Shown: positions 1 through 8,556 of the stretch, one piece after another
Position numbering within the stretch: position 1 is the first letter of the stretch
Layout: each line of letters opens with the position of its first letter
From: Verrucomicrobiota bacterium
Lineage (GTDB): Bacteria; Verrucomicrobiota; Verrucomicrobiia; Opitutales; Cerasicoccaceae
Reading direction: 5' to 3'
Length of the DNA: 64,000 bases
NCBI GenBank assembly: GCA_039818205.1
Contig: JBCBUK010000005.1
Coordinates: 1 to 64,000 of the forward strand
Notes under the pieces: model-generated
Seen by the model: the letters and a program-made list of their open reading frames with translations, nothing else
Told to the model about the DNA's origin: nothing
Databases searched by the model: none
Program-made: the position numbers and the translations under genes

Positions 1-411
1 AAGTGGCGTGACAAAGATCGGCTTACCACCCTGCAAAAGAATTTCGAAAACAAACTTGCGCAAGTTCTCGCTGTATTCGCCCTCCGGTTCCGTAAACAGC
101 CAATCAACCGATTCCTTTTGGTCATTGTGGCCGAACTCGATAAAGTAGTAATCACCTTGAAACGCTAGGGCCTGCTCCCAAAAACCAGCTTCAATAAAGC
201 TCTTTGTGCTCTGCCCACCTTTGCCGCGGTTTATAACTTCGACCTCGCCCGAAAAGAAATCGCCTAGGAATTCGCCCCAGCCATATTTTCCGGTCACTTC
301 ATGATGAACCGACGACGAAAGCAGCGAGTCGCCAACGAGCACGATACGAATCGGTTCGGCCTGAGCATGCGCCCAAGCGAGTAGTAGACAAATTGTAGCA
401 AATAGTTTCAC
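1..411 (-). CDS. Secreted SGNH/GDSL hydrolase, rhamnogalacturonan acetylesterase-like (CE12); runs off the left edge
   Basis: Not in the ORF track. Manual translation from GTG at 411 (AGGGGA RBS upstream) gives MKLFATICLLLAWAHAQAEPIRIVLVGDS..GWGEFL..INRGKGGQSTKSF..YFIEFGHNDQK..GGKPIFVTPL: signal peptide plus SGNH blocks I-III. Confidence 0.85.
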   Translation of the reverse strand, partial: MKLFATICLLLAWAHAQAEPIRIVLVGDSLLSSSVHHEVTGKYGWGEFLGDFFSGEVEVINRGKGGQSTKSFIEAGFWEQALAFQGDYYFIEFGHNDQKESVDWLFTEPEGEYSENLRKFVFEILLQGGKPIFVTPL

Positions 412-466
412 CGTTCCCCTGGATGGGCTACTAGAGTGACTTACATTTTTTTAGCAAGACCCTCCA

Positions 467-484
467 CCCCTCAAATTTGAGGGG
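467..484. promoter_or_regulatory. Perfect 18-bp palindrome CCCCTCAAATTTGAGGGG, likely a protein-binding site
   Basis: Read directly; no loop; lies in the divergent intergenic region 412-542. Confidence 0.5.
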
Positions 485-542
485 ATTGCCGAAGGCCTTA
501 TAGCCACTTGACAGCCACAGATTCGCCCTCAATGAACTACCC

Positions 543-824
543 ATGCGCCCAAAGCCCTTAATTGGCGACCAAGTCTCTGCCCGCTTCGTGGATGAAACAG
601 GCACGCGCTGGCTGCTTTCTACGGGACGCATCGGTTCGGTCGGCCAGAAGGTCACAGCTCTATTCAACGTCGAAGAGACAGATTTCGCCATGCAGCAGGA
701 TTTCTGGGTAAACTTCATAGAGGACGATCTAGCCCCAGTTAACCCTGGCGAATGGGAATATATCGGTCCTACCGAAACTGGGATGATGTGCATCCCTGAC
801 TTTGTTTGGAGGCCCCACTCCTAG
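543..824 (+). CDS. Hypothetical 93-aa protein
   Basis: ATG start with TTGACA upstream (508-513); fills the gap; its TAG overlaps the integrase TAG in a shared CTAG (821-824). Confidence 0.55.
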   Translation: MRPKPLIGDQVSARFVDETGTRWLLSTGRIGSVGQKVTALFNVEETDFAMQQDFWVNFIEDDLAPVNPGEWEYIGPTETGMMCIPDFVWRPHS

Positions 825-2170
825 CCCGTCCGGAAGTCCACGACCTTTGACGGCTTTTTCTGGCCAAACGACACTTTCGCGGCGGATTCCTGCGAATGCT
901 GATCTCGCAAATGCCCGTAAACCTTGCCTATCAGGATCCCGCCGTCACTGTGTCCGACCCACTCGGCGATTGTTTTAAAGTCAATTCCCGATTCAACGCA
1001 GGTGGTGATAAAATAGTGCCGAAAGTCATGATGGGTCATTCTGGCCAAGCCAAGACGCTCACACGCTCCGTCAATCGCCTTTTGAATGTTTTTCCGGCGC
1101 AATATAGGGCTTTCGAAGTCAGGCTGATGCTCATCAAAGAGTTGCTTCAAAAATGCGCGCCCCTCGGGAACCAGTGGAACGATCCGATTTGCCGCATTCG
1201 ATTTCGTGCCAGGAATATGCAATTGATTCTTCGTCCAGTTTACATGCTTCCATTGGAGCCGTTGCGCCTCGCCGATTCGCACGCCCGTAAACATTAGAAG
1301 CCGCGCACAATCGCCCGCGTCCCTGTTTCGACCCTCCCCGGCTGCCTTCAACTTCGGCCCCTTTTGGTTTTTTCTCAGATGGCGTTTGAATGTCGCCAGT
1401 GAAATACCAAGAGATTCGGCTTGCTCAGCCTGGGTTGAACCTTGAGCGCCTTCGAGCGAAAGAATTTTTTCCGGCTGCGGATGTTCCAGCTCAACGAGCA
1501 ATTTGTCCATTTCTTCGATTGACGGAAGATTGACCTTTTTCTCAGTGCGTTCCTTGGCTCGCTTCACCCTGAGCGCCGGGTCATCTGCCCGAACTCCGAT
1601 CGTAATGGCAAGTTCGGTCAGATGCTTCAGGGCACCGATTGTCTTGTTGATAGCCGACGACGATAGAAGTTTATCTTCCTGCTCGGTTCCGGGCGGCGCT
1701 TTTCCGATCGGTATCGTTTTGACCTTTCTTACCCAGCGTTCGCATTCGGCCTTGGAAAGTGTAGACATTTTTCGGTCGGCCATTTCTGGCCACGCTCGCA
1801 TAAGGCGCTTTGCGGCGGCAACTCGTGCCTCTTTGGATTTTGGCTTAAAATCCGGGTTCCCTTGGACATCGCGAATATACATGCCATAAATATCCCTCAG
1901 AGTGACATCATGCAGGTCATGGTTCACTCTGCCTTTTTCGGCGTCGTGCCTCATCTGCGCTTCAATCGCTCGCTGTTTCGCAATGCTCAGTTTATCGGTG
2001 CGCAAACTTTTCCATTTACTATAGCCTTTTCCCTCTTGACGCCAAAGCAAACGGACATAGTAACTTACCCCCTTCTTTCCATCTTTGTTGGTGGTAGTGT
2101 TCTTATAAAGTCCTTTGATACCTTTAATCTTCTGGTAGGTCGTGTTTTTCGCATCGTTTTTGTCGCTCAT
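821..2170 (-). CDS. Tyrosine recombinase / site-specific integrase
   Basis: Catalytic residues intact: TGVRIGE (R), GTKS (K), HDFRH (HxxR), VGH, KVYGH (Y). N-terminal arm-binding-like region (YYVRL..WKSLRT..AK). Start moved to ATG 2170 (MSDKN) because the longer ORF overlaps the tRNA. Confidence 0.93.
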   Translation of the reverse strand: MSDKNDAKNTTYQKIKGIKGLYKNTTTNKDGKKGVSYYVRLLWRQEGKGYSKWKSLRTDKLSIAKQRAIEAQMRHDAEKGRVNHDLHDVTLRDIYGMYIRDVQGNPDFKPKSKEARVAAAKRLMRAWPEMADRKMSTLSKAECERWVRKVKTIPIGKAPPGTEQEDKLLSSSAINKTIGALKHLTELAITIGVRADDPALRVKRAKERTEKKVNLPSIEEMDKLLVELEHPQPEKILSLEGAQGSTQAEQAESLGISLATFKRHLRKNQKGPKLKAAGEGRNRDAGDCARLLMFTGVRIGEAQRLQWKHVNWTKNQLHIPGTKSNAANRIVPLVPEGRAFLKQLFDEHQPDFESPILRRKNIQKAIDGACERLGLARMTHHDFRHYFITTCVESGIDFKTIAEWVGHSDGGILIGKVYGHLRDQHSQESAAKVSFGQKKPSKVVDFRTG

Positions 2171-2251
2171 ACAAAAGGTGTAGAAAAGCGATGTCCAACA
2201 AGCAAGATTTTCAATTTCAAAAACACGTAAGTCACTGAAAATCAACGATAA

Positions 2252-2324
2252 GGGTCGGTAGCTCAATCGGTAGAGCAGTTGCCTTTTAAGCAATTGGTTC
2301 TGGGTTCAAGTCCCAGTCGACCCA
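2252..2324 (+). tRNA. tRNA-Lys (anticodon TTT), CCA not encoded
   Basis: GGGTCGG/TCGACCC acceptor stem, AGCTCAATCGGTAGAGC D arm, GTTGC-CTTTTAA-GCAAT anticodon arm, CTGGGTTCAAGTCCCAG T arm. Confidence 0.97.
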
Positions 2325-2488
2325 CTTTTTTGATTGTGTCCACCCCGCCCGTCTCAATTCCCATGTCTGCTGATCGCCAATTTTGCTGGTCGACCAAATT
2401 GGTCGTTGCTGCGCGCAAATGTTCGGGATTCGCTGAAGTGCATTGATTTAGGCAACTTTTTGCCAGAATCGCAGTCACTACCTACACC

Positions 2489-4366
2489 ATGCAACGCCCT
2501 CTCGCTACCCGAACAATCATATCTTCATTATCAATGATATTGATGGGAAGTATTGTTGTGTGGGCGGATGTCCCAACCGCACCGGCGAGTATCGAGAAAA
2601 CACCGTTAACCGAGGCGGAACCGGTTGCGGACAAAACAAACGATCTGTCCACCCAGGCCCTTGATTCCTGGGATCGAGAGAGTCAAATTGAACCCGATGA
2701 GATCTCCGGCCTCAAGGCCACAGTCGACATCCTACAAATCATTCGGAACACTCCAAACGCACTCGATCTGGATGCCGAAGGTGATCCAATGTTTGTGACA
2801 CTGCGCGAGTCCATCGACCAAGCGCTCCAATCAAACCTGGGCTTGAGCGTCAGCCGGTTCCAACCGGGCTTTGCCCAAGATCAGCTAACGATTGCTGAAT
2901 CAATCTTTGACCCGAATATTAGCGGATCCGCCATCGCAAGCGAACGGGCCGATCCGCCTGCGACCTCGCTCGAAGGGGTCGGAAGTGGAGAACAAGCAAT
3001 CGGAGCCGGCCAACGGTTCAGCGTCTCAGTCGACAAACGGTTCTCAACCGGAACGCAGGTTGGCCTTGAGACTAACCTGAACCGATCAACGACGAATTCA
3101 TCCTTCGCGCTCCTGAACCCCGACTTTTCAACTCGTCTGGGATTCAGTGTTCGCCAACCACTCCTCTCAGGGTTTGGTGAGGCAGTCAATCTGGCACCCG
3201 TTGCCCGGGCACGCATTGGAATCCGCCGCAGTCGCCTGCAAGTTCGCCGGGAGGTTCTCGACCTTATTGCCCAAGTAGAAATCGCCTACTGGAACCTCGC
3301 TGCGGCCCGGCAACGTCAGGACCTTTTCCTATCGAACCTCGAGCTCGCGAAATCTCTCCTCGAAGAGAACATCGCGCGGGAGCGGGTCGGGCTTGCGACG
3401 CGATTAGATGTCCTGCAAGCTGAAGCCTCGCTGGCAGCCCGGAGCGAAGAGGTCATTTTAGCACAACAGGCAGCCGACAACGCCGAAGACGCATTGAAAT
3501 CCGTCCTGGGCATCCTTGCTGATGGCCCCGACCTCCCCATTGCGGTCGAGTCGCTGCCGGAGAATTTGCCCCTTTTGCCGGGATTCCGCGATAGCGTCCA
3601 TGGGGCATTGACGACTGACATGGACAGCCAGATCCAGCTCGAACTGATCGAGCAACTGGAGATTGATCGCATGGTGGCCAACAATCAAACCCTCCCCGAT
3701 TTGGATCTATTTGGCGGGGCTGGACTACTCGGCCGCGATGGCGGAGGCGTCAGCGCGTACCAGGGTGCACTTGAATCCCGAGGCTACGATTGGAATGTCG
3801 GACTCGAGATGAGCCTACCGTGGGGCATGCGCGCTCAGGAGGCGCGTCTGAGGTCATCCGTCCGCTCGATCTATCAGGCTGAGACCCAGCTGGCTGACAT
3901 TCAGCAGGAGCTGCTCCGGCGCCTGCGGCTCGCCTGGCGATCCATTGCCTCAGGTCGAGAGCGCTTGGCGACCACTCAGGCATCGCTCCGGTTGAACGAA
4001 GAGAGCTTTGAGCAGGAGCGTGCCCGCTATGAGGCTGGGCTTTCGAATTTCCGGAACGTGCTCGAAGCCCAACGTGATTTTGACAACGCCAAGCTTCGCC
4101 ATCTGGCAACGCTATTCGATATTCGCGAAGCGGTCGTTTCGCTCGCTCGCCTTGACGGACGCATATTATCGAGGCATGGGTTTAGCTGGGACGAGATTGA
4201 CAATCGGACCCAAACCACCCCGGATCCCGTGCAACCGATCACCCAAGAACTCTGGCCTGAGCCTGCCTTAAAATCTTTCAATCGCGATCCCGATACTCTG
4301 CCCGCCAGTTACGGTGAATCGCCCGACGCCCTCATTGAAACTTACCTGGGACCTAATCGACAGTAG
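2489..4366 (+). CDS. TolC-family outer membrane efflux protein
   Basis: Signal peptide, two OEP-type repeats (VEIAYWNL..., RYEAGLSNFRNVLEAQ); first gene of the adaptor/ABC operon. The start may be slightly downstream. Confidence 0.9.
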   Translation: MQRPLATRTIISSLSMILMGSIVVWADVPTAPASIEKTPLTEAEPVADKTNDLSTQALDSWDRESQIEPDEISGLKATVDILQIIRNTPNALDLDAEGDPMFVTLRESIDQALQSNLGLSVSRFQPGFAQDQLTIAESIFDPNISGSAIASERADPPATSLEGVGSGEQAIGAGQRFSVSVDKRFSTGTQVGLETNLNRSTTNSSFALLNPDFSTRLGFSVRQPLLSGFGEAVNLAPVARARIGIRRSRLQVRREVLDLIAQVEIAYWNLAAARQRQDLFLSNLELAKSLLEENIARERVGLATRLDVLQAEASLAARSEEVILAQQAADNAEDALKSVLGILADGPDLPIAVESLPENLPLLPGFRDSVHGALTTDMDSQIQLELIEQLEIDRMVANNQTLPDLDLFGGAGLLGRDGGGVSAYQGALESRGYDWNVGLEMSLPWGMRAQEARLRSSVRSIYQAETQLADIQQELLRRLRLAWRSIASGRERLATTQASLRLNEESFEQERARYEAGLSNFRNVLEAQRDFDNAKLRHLATLFDIREAVVSLARLDGRILSRHGFSWDEIDNRTQTTPDPVQPITQELWPEPALKSFNRDPDTLPASYGESPDALIETYLGPNRQ

Positions 4367-4368
4367 CC

Positions 4369-5454
4369 ATGAAAATCATCACAACACTCATTGTGGTTGC
4401 ACTCTTTGCCGCCGGCGGCTGGTGGACTTGGTCGCGCCTGCAAGACGAGAGTAATCGGGACAAACCGGAGGGACCCCGCACCGCAACCGTTGGCATGGGT
4501 TCAATCGAAGACCTCGTCGTGGCCGGTGGCTACGTTGAACCCATCATTTCCACCGAGGTCCGCTCTGAAATAACCGGTCGCATCGAAAGCATCATGATTG
4601 AGGACGGCGAGAAAGTTGATGGTGGGCAGACACTCCTCGAACTCGAAAAAACCGAGCGTCAAACCGAACTCGAAGAGGCCGAACGACTATTCGATGCTCA
4701 AAAACTGCGCCTCGAACGCGCTCGCCGGGACTTCAAGCGACTCGATGAGCTTCGGTCGAAAAACTTTACGAACGAGAAGGACTTCCTTGATGCCAAGACC
4801 GAACTAGACTTGATGGAGATCGACCTGGAAGTTCGCCGAGCCCGCCTGGAGAACGCCAAGGAAAATTTGGCCAAAACAACGATTATCGCGCCGCATGAAG
4901 GTGTCGTCGGCAACTTTGATTTAAACCCAGGCCAGGTCATCACTGGGGCAACATCGGTCAACCAAGGAACCACTCTAATGACCATCAATGACCTGCTACG
5001 GCTACATGTCCGCACCAAGGTCAACGAGCTCGACATCAACAAAATCCGCGAAGGCATGTCAGCCCGGATCACCTTTGACGCCCTACCCAATGAAGAGTTC
5101 GTTGGTGAGGTCGAACAGATCTTCAGCTACGCGGAATCAGAAGGCAACGAACGCATTTTCCGCGTCCTAATCACGTTTGAATCCACCGACGACCGTATTC
5201 GCCCTGGCATTAGCGCAAAGGTTACATTACCGATCGCTGAAGCCAAGGATGTGCCCGTGGTGATACCGACCGCCCTCTTCAAAGCTGATGATGGCTTCGT
5301 AGCGTACGTCCAGAATGGCGAAGCCTGGGAGAAAGTAGCGGTCGAAACTGGCCTAAGCGACATGCAAAACGTCGAGATAATATCCGGCTTAAAGGACGGC
5401 GATGTCGTTAGTCTATCGCTGCCGGAAGCGGTTGGCCCCTCGGCCGACAGCTAA
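4369..5454 (+). CDS. Periplasmic adaptor subunit (MacA/HlyD-like)
   Basis: N-terminal TM, lipoyl half-motifs (EVRSEITGRI..GEKV; IIAPHEGVV), coiled hairpin, GLKDGDVV C-terminus. Confidence 0.92.
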   Translation: MKIITTLIVVALFAAGGWWTWSRLQDESNRDKPEGPRTATVGMGSIEDLVVAGGYVEPIISTEVRSEITGRIESIMIEDGEKVDGGQTLLELEKTERQTELEEAERLFDAQKLRLERARRDFKRLDELRSKNFTNEKDFLDAKTELDLMEIDLEVRRARLENAKENLAKTTIIAPHEGVVGNFDLNPGQVITGATSVNQGTTLMTINDLLRLHVRTKVNELDINKIREGMSARITFDALPNEEFVGEVEQIFSYAESEGNERIFRVLITFESTDDRIRPGISAKVTLPIAEAKDVPVVIPTALFKADDGFVAYVQNGEAWEKVAVETGLSDMQNVEIISGLKDGDVVSLSLPEAVGPSADS

Positions 5455-5480
5455 TCGAATCTGAACCGCCTATTGGTTTC

Positions 5481-6167
5481 ATGGCCCTGATCGAACTAGA
5501 CAGTATCTGCAAACACTACCGCATGGGTAACGAAACCGTGAAGGCTCTTGATGGTGTGTCCCTGGAGATTGATCAGGGAGCCTACTCGGCGGTTCTTGGT
5601 CCTTCGGGTTCGGGCAAATCAACCATGATGCATTTGCTCGGATTTATGGATTTTCCCACTTCGGGCTCAATGATTTTTGACGGAGATAACGTCTCGGAAC
5701 TGAGTTCCTCGAAGCGCGCATGGTATCGCGCCAACCGGTTGGGATTTGTATTTCAGACCTTCAACCTGCTTCCACGTTTGAGCGTGCTGGAGAACGTGCG
5801 ACTTCCGTTAGACTATGCGCGAAAAACGAGGAACAGCGACCAACGCGCCAAGGATGCGCTTGAACGGGTCGGCATGGGGCACCGAGTGTCTCACCGGCCG
5901 GGGCAGCTATCCGGCGGTGAGCGCCAACGGGTTGCCATTGCCCGAGCGTTGGTCAACGACCCTAAGTTGATCTTAGCTGACGAACCCACCGGAAATCTCG
6001 ATACTAAAAATGTCGAACGGGTGATGGAGCTTTTCGACCGATTAGTGGATGAAGGCCAAACCTTGATCCTTGTCACTCATGATCTCGAGGTCGCGCAACA
6101 TGCTCGGTCCATCATCCTCGTGCGTGACGGGAAGCTGGTCGGCACTGAAGAGGGAGGTCGTGAATGA
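5481..6167 (+). CDS. ABC transporter ATP-binding protein (MacB/LolD-like)
   Basis: Walker [25 protein letters not shown] signature, [15 protein letters not shown]. Confidence 0.96.
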   Translation: MALIELDSICKHYRMGNETVKALDGVSLEIDQGAYSAVLGPSGSGKSTMMHLLGFMDFPTSGSMIFDGDNVSELSSSKRAWYRANRLGFVFQTFNLLPRLSVLENVRLPLDYARKTRNSDQRAKDALERVGMGHRVSHRPGQLSGGERQRVAIARALVNDPKLILADEPTGNLDTKNVERVMELFDRLVDEGQTLILVTHDLEVAQHARSIILVRDGKLVGTEEGGRE

Positions 6168-7390
6168 TTATCGGGAGCGCGATCATTCACGGTGTTCGGG
6201 AGATCGGAAAACACAAGTTCCGGAGCTTCCTCTCGATGATCGGAATTATCCTGGGCGTTGCTGCGCTGGTTGCAATGGTCGGCGTCGTCGAGGGTATGAT
6301 GGCTGGTTTTCGCAAAACATTTGAAACCACCGGAGGGATTGAGCGCCTAAGTATCGACGAAGTCGAACCGCCGACCCACCAGGAAGCCATTGCCCACTTA
6401 TCCCCCAAGCGCACACTAGCGGATTACTATGCTCTGCAACAGTCTGTGCCAATCGCAAGGCGCATTGCTGCTGGCAAAGACATGAACTGGATCAACATGC
6501 GAAGCCAGAACGGGCGGACCTGGGGACGGGCGATCGGCACGACTCCGGAAATCGCAGAGATTGATGATTATTCCGTAATTAGCGGCGGGCGTTTCATTTC
6601 CGATTGGGATGTCCAACAGAAAAGCCGGGTCGTAGTCTTGAGTCACCGTCAAGCCTCTCGCCTGTTCGGTGATCCCAAGGATGCCGTTGGAGAAACCATC
6701 TCGCTACGGGGTATCGTTTTTAACGTAATTGGTGTTCAAGAAAACGATGAGACAGGCCAATGGATGCGACAACGCCAAGCGTTTCTACCCATTTCGACCG
6801 CGATTCACTATTTTGCCGATGCCGAAGACATTACGATTAACCGCTTAGCGGTGCAGGCTCGAGACATGCGGGATATTCCAGAGCTAACTGACCTTATTGA
6901 GCGCACCCTCCTCATTACCCACAAAGGCGTTGAAGACTTTGCGGTAGAAAGTCGCTTGGAACAGCTCGAAGAGTTCAAGAAGCTCGAGAATTCATTTATT
7001 TTTTCCCTTGGCGGAGTTGCTGCGATTACCTTGCTCGTTGGAGGCATCGGCATAGCGAACGTGATGCTAGCGTCCATTTCGGAGCGCATCCGCGAAATCG
7101 GTATTCGCAAAGCGGTGGGCGCACGAGGCACCGATATCTTTGTTCAGTTCGTCGCCGAGGCGTTGGTCATCAGCGTCATTGGTGGATTCCTGGGAGTCAT
7201 TGCCAGTGTGGGCTTGGTTGAGTTGCTCCGGGACTTAATGCCGACTGACAAGGGTGGCCAGGTCGCGCTGTCAGCAAGGGCCATGGCTTGGGGGTTTATT
7301 TTCAGCGTTGTCGTTGGATTCCTTGCTGGAATTTTCCCTGCTCTAAAAGCCGCACGTTTACCGGTTATCGACGCACTGCGCTACGAATAA
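6164..7390 (+). CDS. ABC transporter permease (MacB/FtsX family)
   Basis: RSFLSMIGIILGVAA, large periplasmic domain, VGGIGIANVMLASISERIREIGIRKAVGA, C-terminal ALRYE. Confidence 0.94.
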   Translation: MIIGSAIIHGVREIGKHKFRSFLSMIGIILGVAALVAMVGVVEGMMAGFRKTFETTGGIERLSIDEVEPPTHQEAIAHLSPKRTLADYYALQQSVPIARRIAAGKDMNWINMRSQNGRTWGRAIGTTPEIAEIDDYSVISGGRFISDWDVQQKSRVVVLSHRQASRLFGDPKDAVGETISLRGIVFNVIGVQENDETGQWMRQRQAFLPISTAIHYFADAEDITINRLAVQARDMRDIPELTDLIERTLLITHKGVEDFAVESRLEQLEEFKKLENSFIFSLGGVAAITLLVGGIGIANVMLASISERIREIGIRKAVGARGTDIFVQFVAEALVISVIGGFLGVIASVGLVELLRDLMPTDKGGQVALSARAMAWGFIFSVVVGFLAGIFPALKAARLPVIDALRYE

Positions 7391-7454
7391 CGACTTCTGC
7401 CGAAACGCAGCGAACTCACCAAACCAGGTCAGCGCAGCAAGAGCGTTTAGAACC

Positions 7455-8522
7455 TCAGTTGGCGGGAGCCAACTTACGCAGCTTTAGCTCATTGAGGCGA
7501 TAGGGCCCAAGGCCAAGCGTCGAAGCGTATTCAAACAAAGCGGGTTCACCGGCTGGCACATCATAGTTCGCCGAGCGACGCCCCTTCACCAGTCGACGCC
7601 ACATGAGGTAATCGAGAGCAACCGGATTAGAGGAGAGCCACAAGCGCTTCTCGCGCTGGGTATAAAAGGCATTGAACCGTGGACCACCAACGTATTGATA
7701 GCGCTCAAGCGAGAGGATCGAGAAGACCCACTTTTCGTTGAGTTCGGGAATCGCCGCAATTTCTGCCGCCGCTACCGGCGCATTTGCTGGACTGAGGAAA
7801 AAGCGCTGGTTGTTGGTCACATTCCACAAGGTTGCATTGGCCAGAGCACCGCTGATGCCGAGGGCTTCGCTATCAGCCGCCATTGGCAGGTTGATCCAAA
7901 AATCGGCTTCCATGAAAAGCGTGGTTGGCAGGAAGCTCTTACGGTCGTCTGGATCTTCTTCGAATGAGAAGCCGCGACCCGAGGAGATCGCCCGAGCCAT
8001 CCGCTCCCGCGAGGGCAGGTTGCTATCATAAAACCAAAGGTCCTGAGTGATACCGGACGTCGTATCGAGTGGCAGAACCGGGACATCGTAAAAAGTGTCA
8101 TCGCCGAGACCTTGGCGACTAGGCAGGTAGCCGCACTCACGCAAACGCTGTTCGGTGCCATCAACAATAAACAACATGGAACGAGAGAAACCACGGCGCT
8201 CCAACGCATCGATTACCGCACGGGTAAGGTTCGGTGGTGTCATCAAGCCTGGGCCAGCCTGCGTAAAGACTTTGATCCCGGCGCGACCATGAACGCCTGG
8301 CTGCAGACGCTTGCCAGTGACGGATTCCCAATGCGAAATGAGTGATTCAACCCCTGCGTTATAATCGACTTCCGTGAAACCGTTTAGTGGGTATTCCCAC
8401 ACGTAGGCTTGCTCAGCCAGGGATGGCTTGTAGGTCTGCCCCCATGCGGTGCATCCCAAAAGTAAAAAGAAGAAAAATCCGGTAACTTGACGTTTGGCTA
8501 ACATTATCAGCGCTTGACTCAA
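7455..8522 (-). CDS. Exported DUF362-like protein
   Basis: GIKV..T...L.RAVIDAL..RG and ADFWINLP...LGISGALAN..SNPVALD pattern typical of DUF362; N-terminal hydrophobic segment; alternative ATG at 8504. Confidence 0.6.
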   Translation of the reverse strand: MSQALIMLAKRQVTGFFFFLLLGCTAWGQTYKPSLAEQAYVWEYPLNGFTEVDYNAGVESLISHWESVTGKRLQPGVHGRAGIKVFTQAGPGLMTPPNLTRAVIDALERRGFSRSMLFIVDGTEQRLRECGYLPSRQGLGDDTFYDVPVLPLDTTSGITQDLWFYDSNLPSRERMARAISSGRGFSFEEDPDDRKSFLPTTLFMEADFWINLPMAADSEALGISGALANATLWNVTNNQRFFLSPANAPVAAAEIAAIPELNEKWVFSILSLERYQYVGGPRFNAFYTQREKRLWLSSNPVALDYLMWRRLVKGRRSANYDVPAGEPALFEYASTLGLGPYRLNELKLRKLAPAN

Positions 8523-8556
8523 TTTCGGCAGAGCCGATGGTTATAACTGTCCCTGA

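Larger units (their letters stand above)
435..2236. mobile_element. Putative minimal tyrosine-recombinase element (integrase + one small ORF) next to tRNA-Lys
   Basis: AGTGACTTAC at 435-444 and its reverse complement GTAAGTCACT at 2227-2236 (16/18 match with the inner T-tracts) enclose an intact integrase; the tRNA begins 15 bp beyond the right site. Confidence 0.5.

Noticed and set aside
821..2170. Integron integrase with cassette array
   Set aside because: No IntI-type insertion between boxes I and II, and no attC-like repeats or cassette array seen next to it.
2171..2293. N-terminal 41 aa of the 490-aa integrase ORF (MLKRQLLYRLSY...)
   Set aside because: It is the antisense reading of tRNA-Lys and its leader; ATG 2170 is the plausible start.
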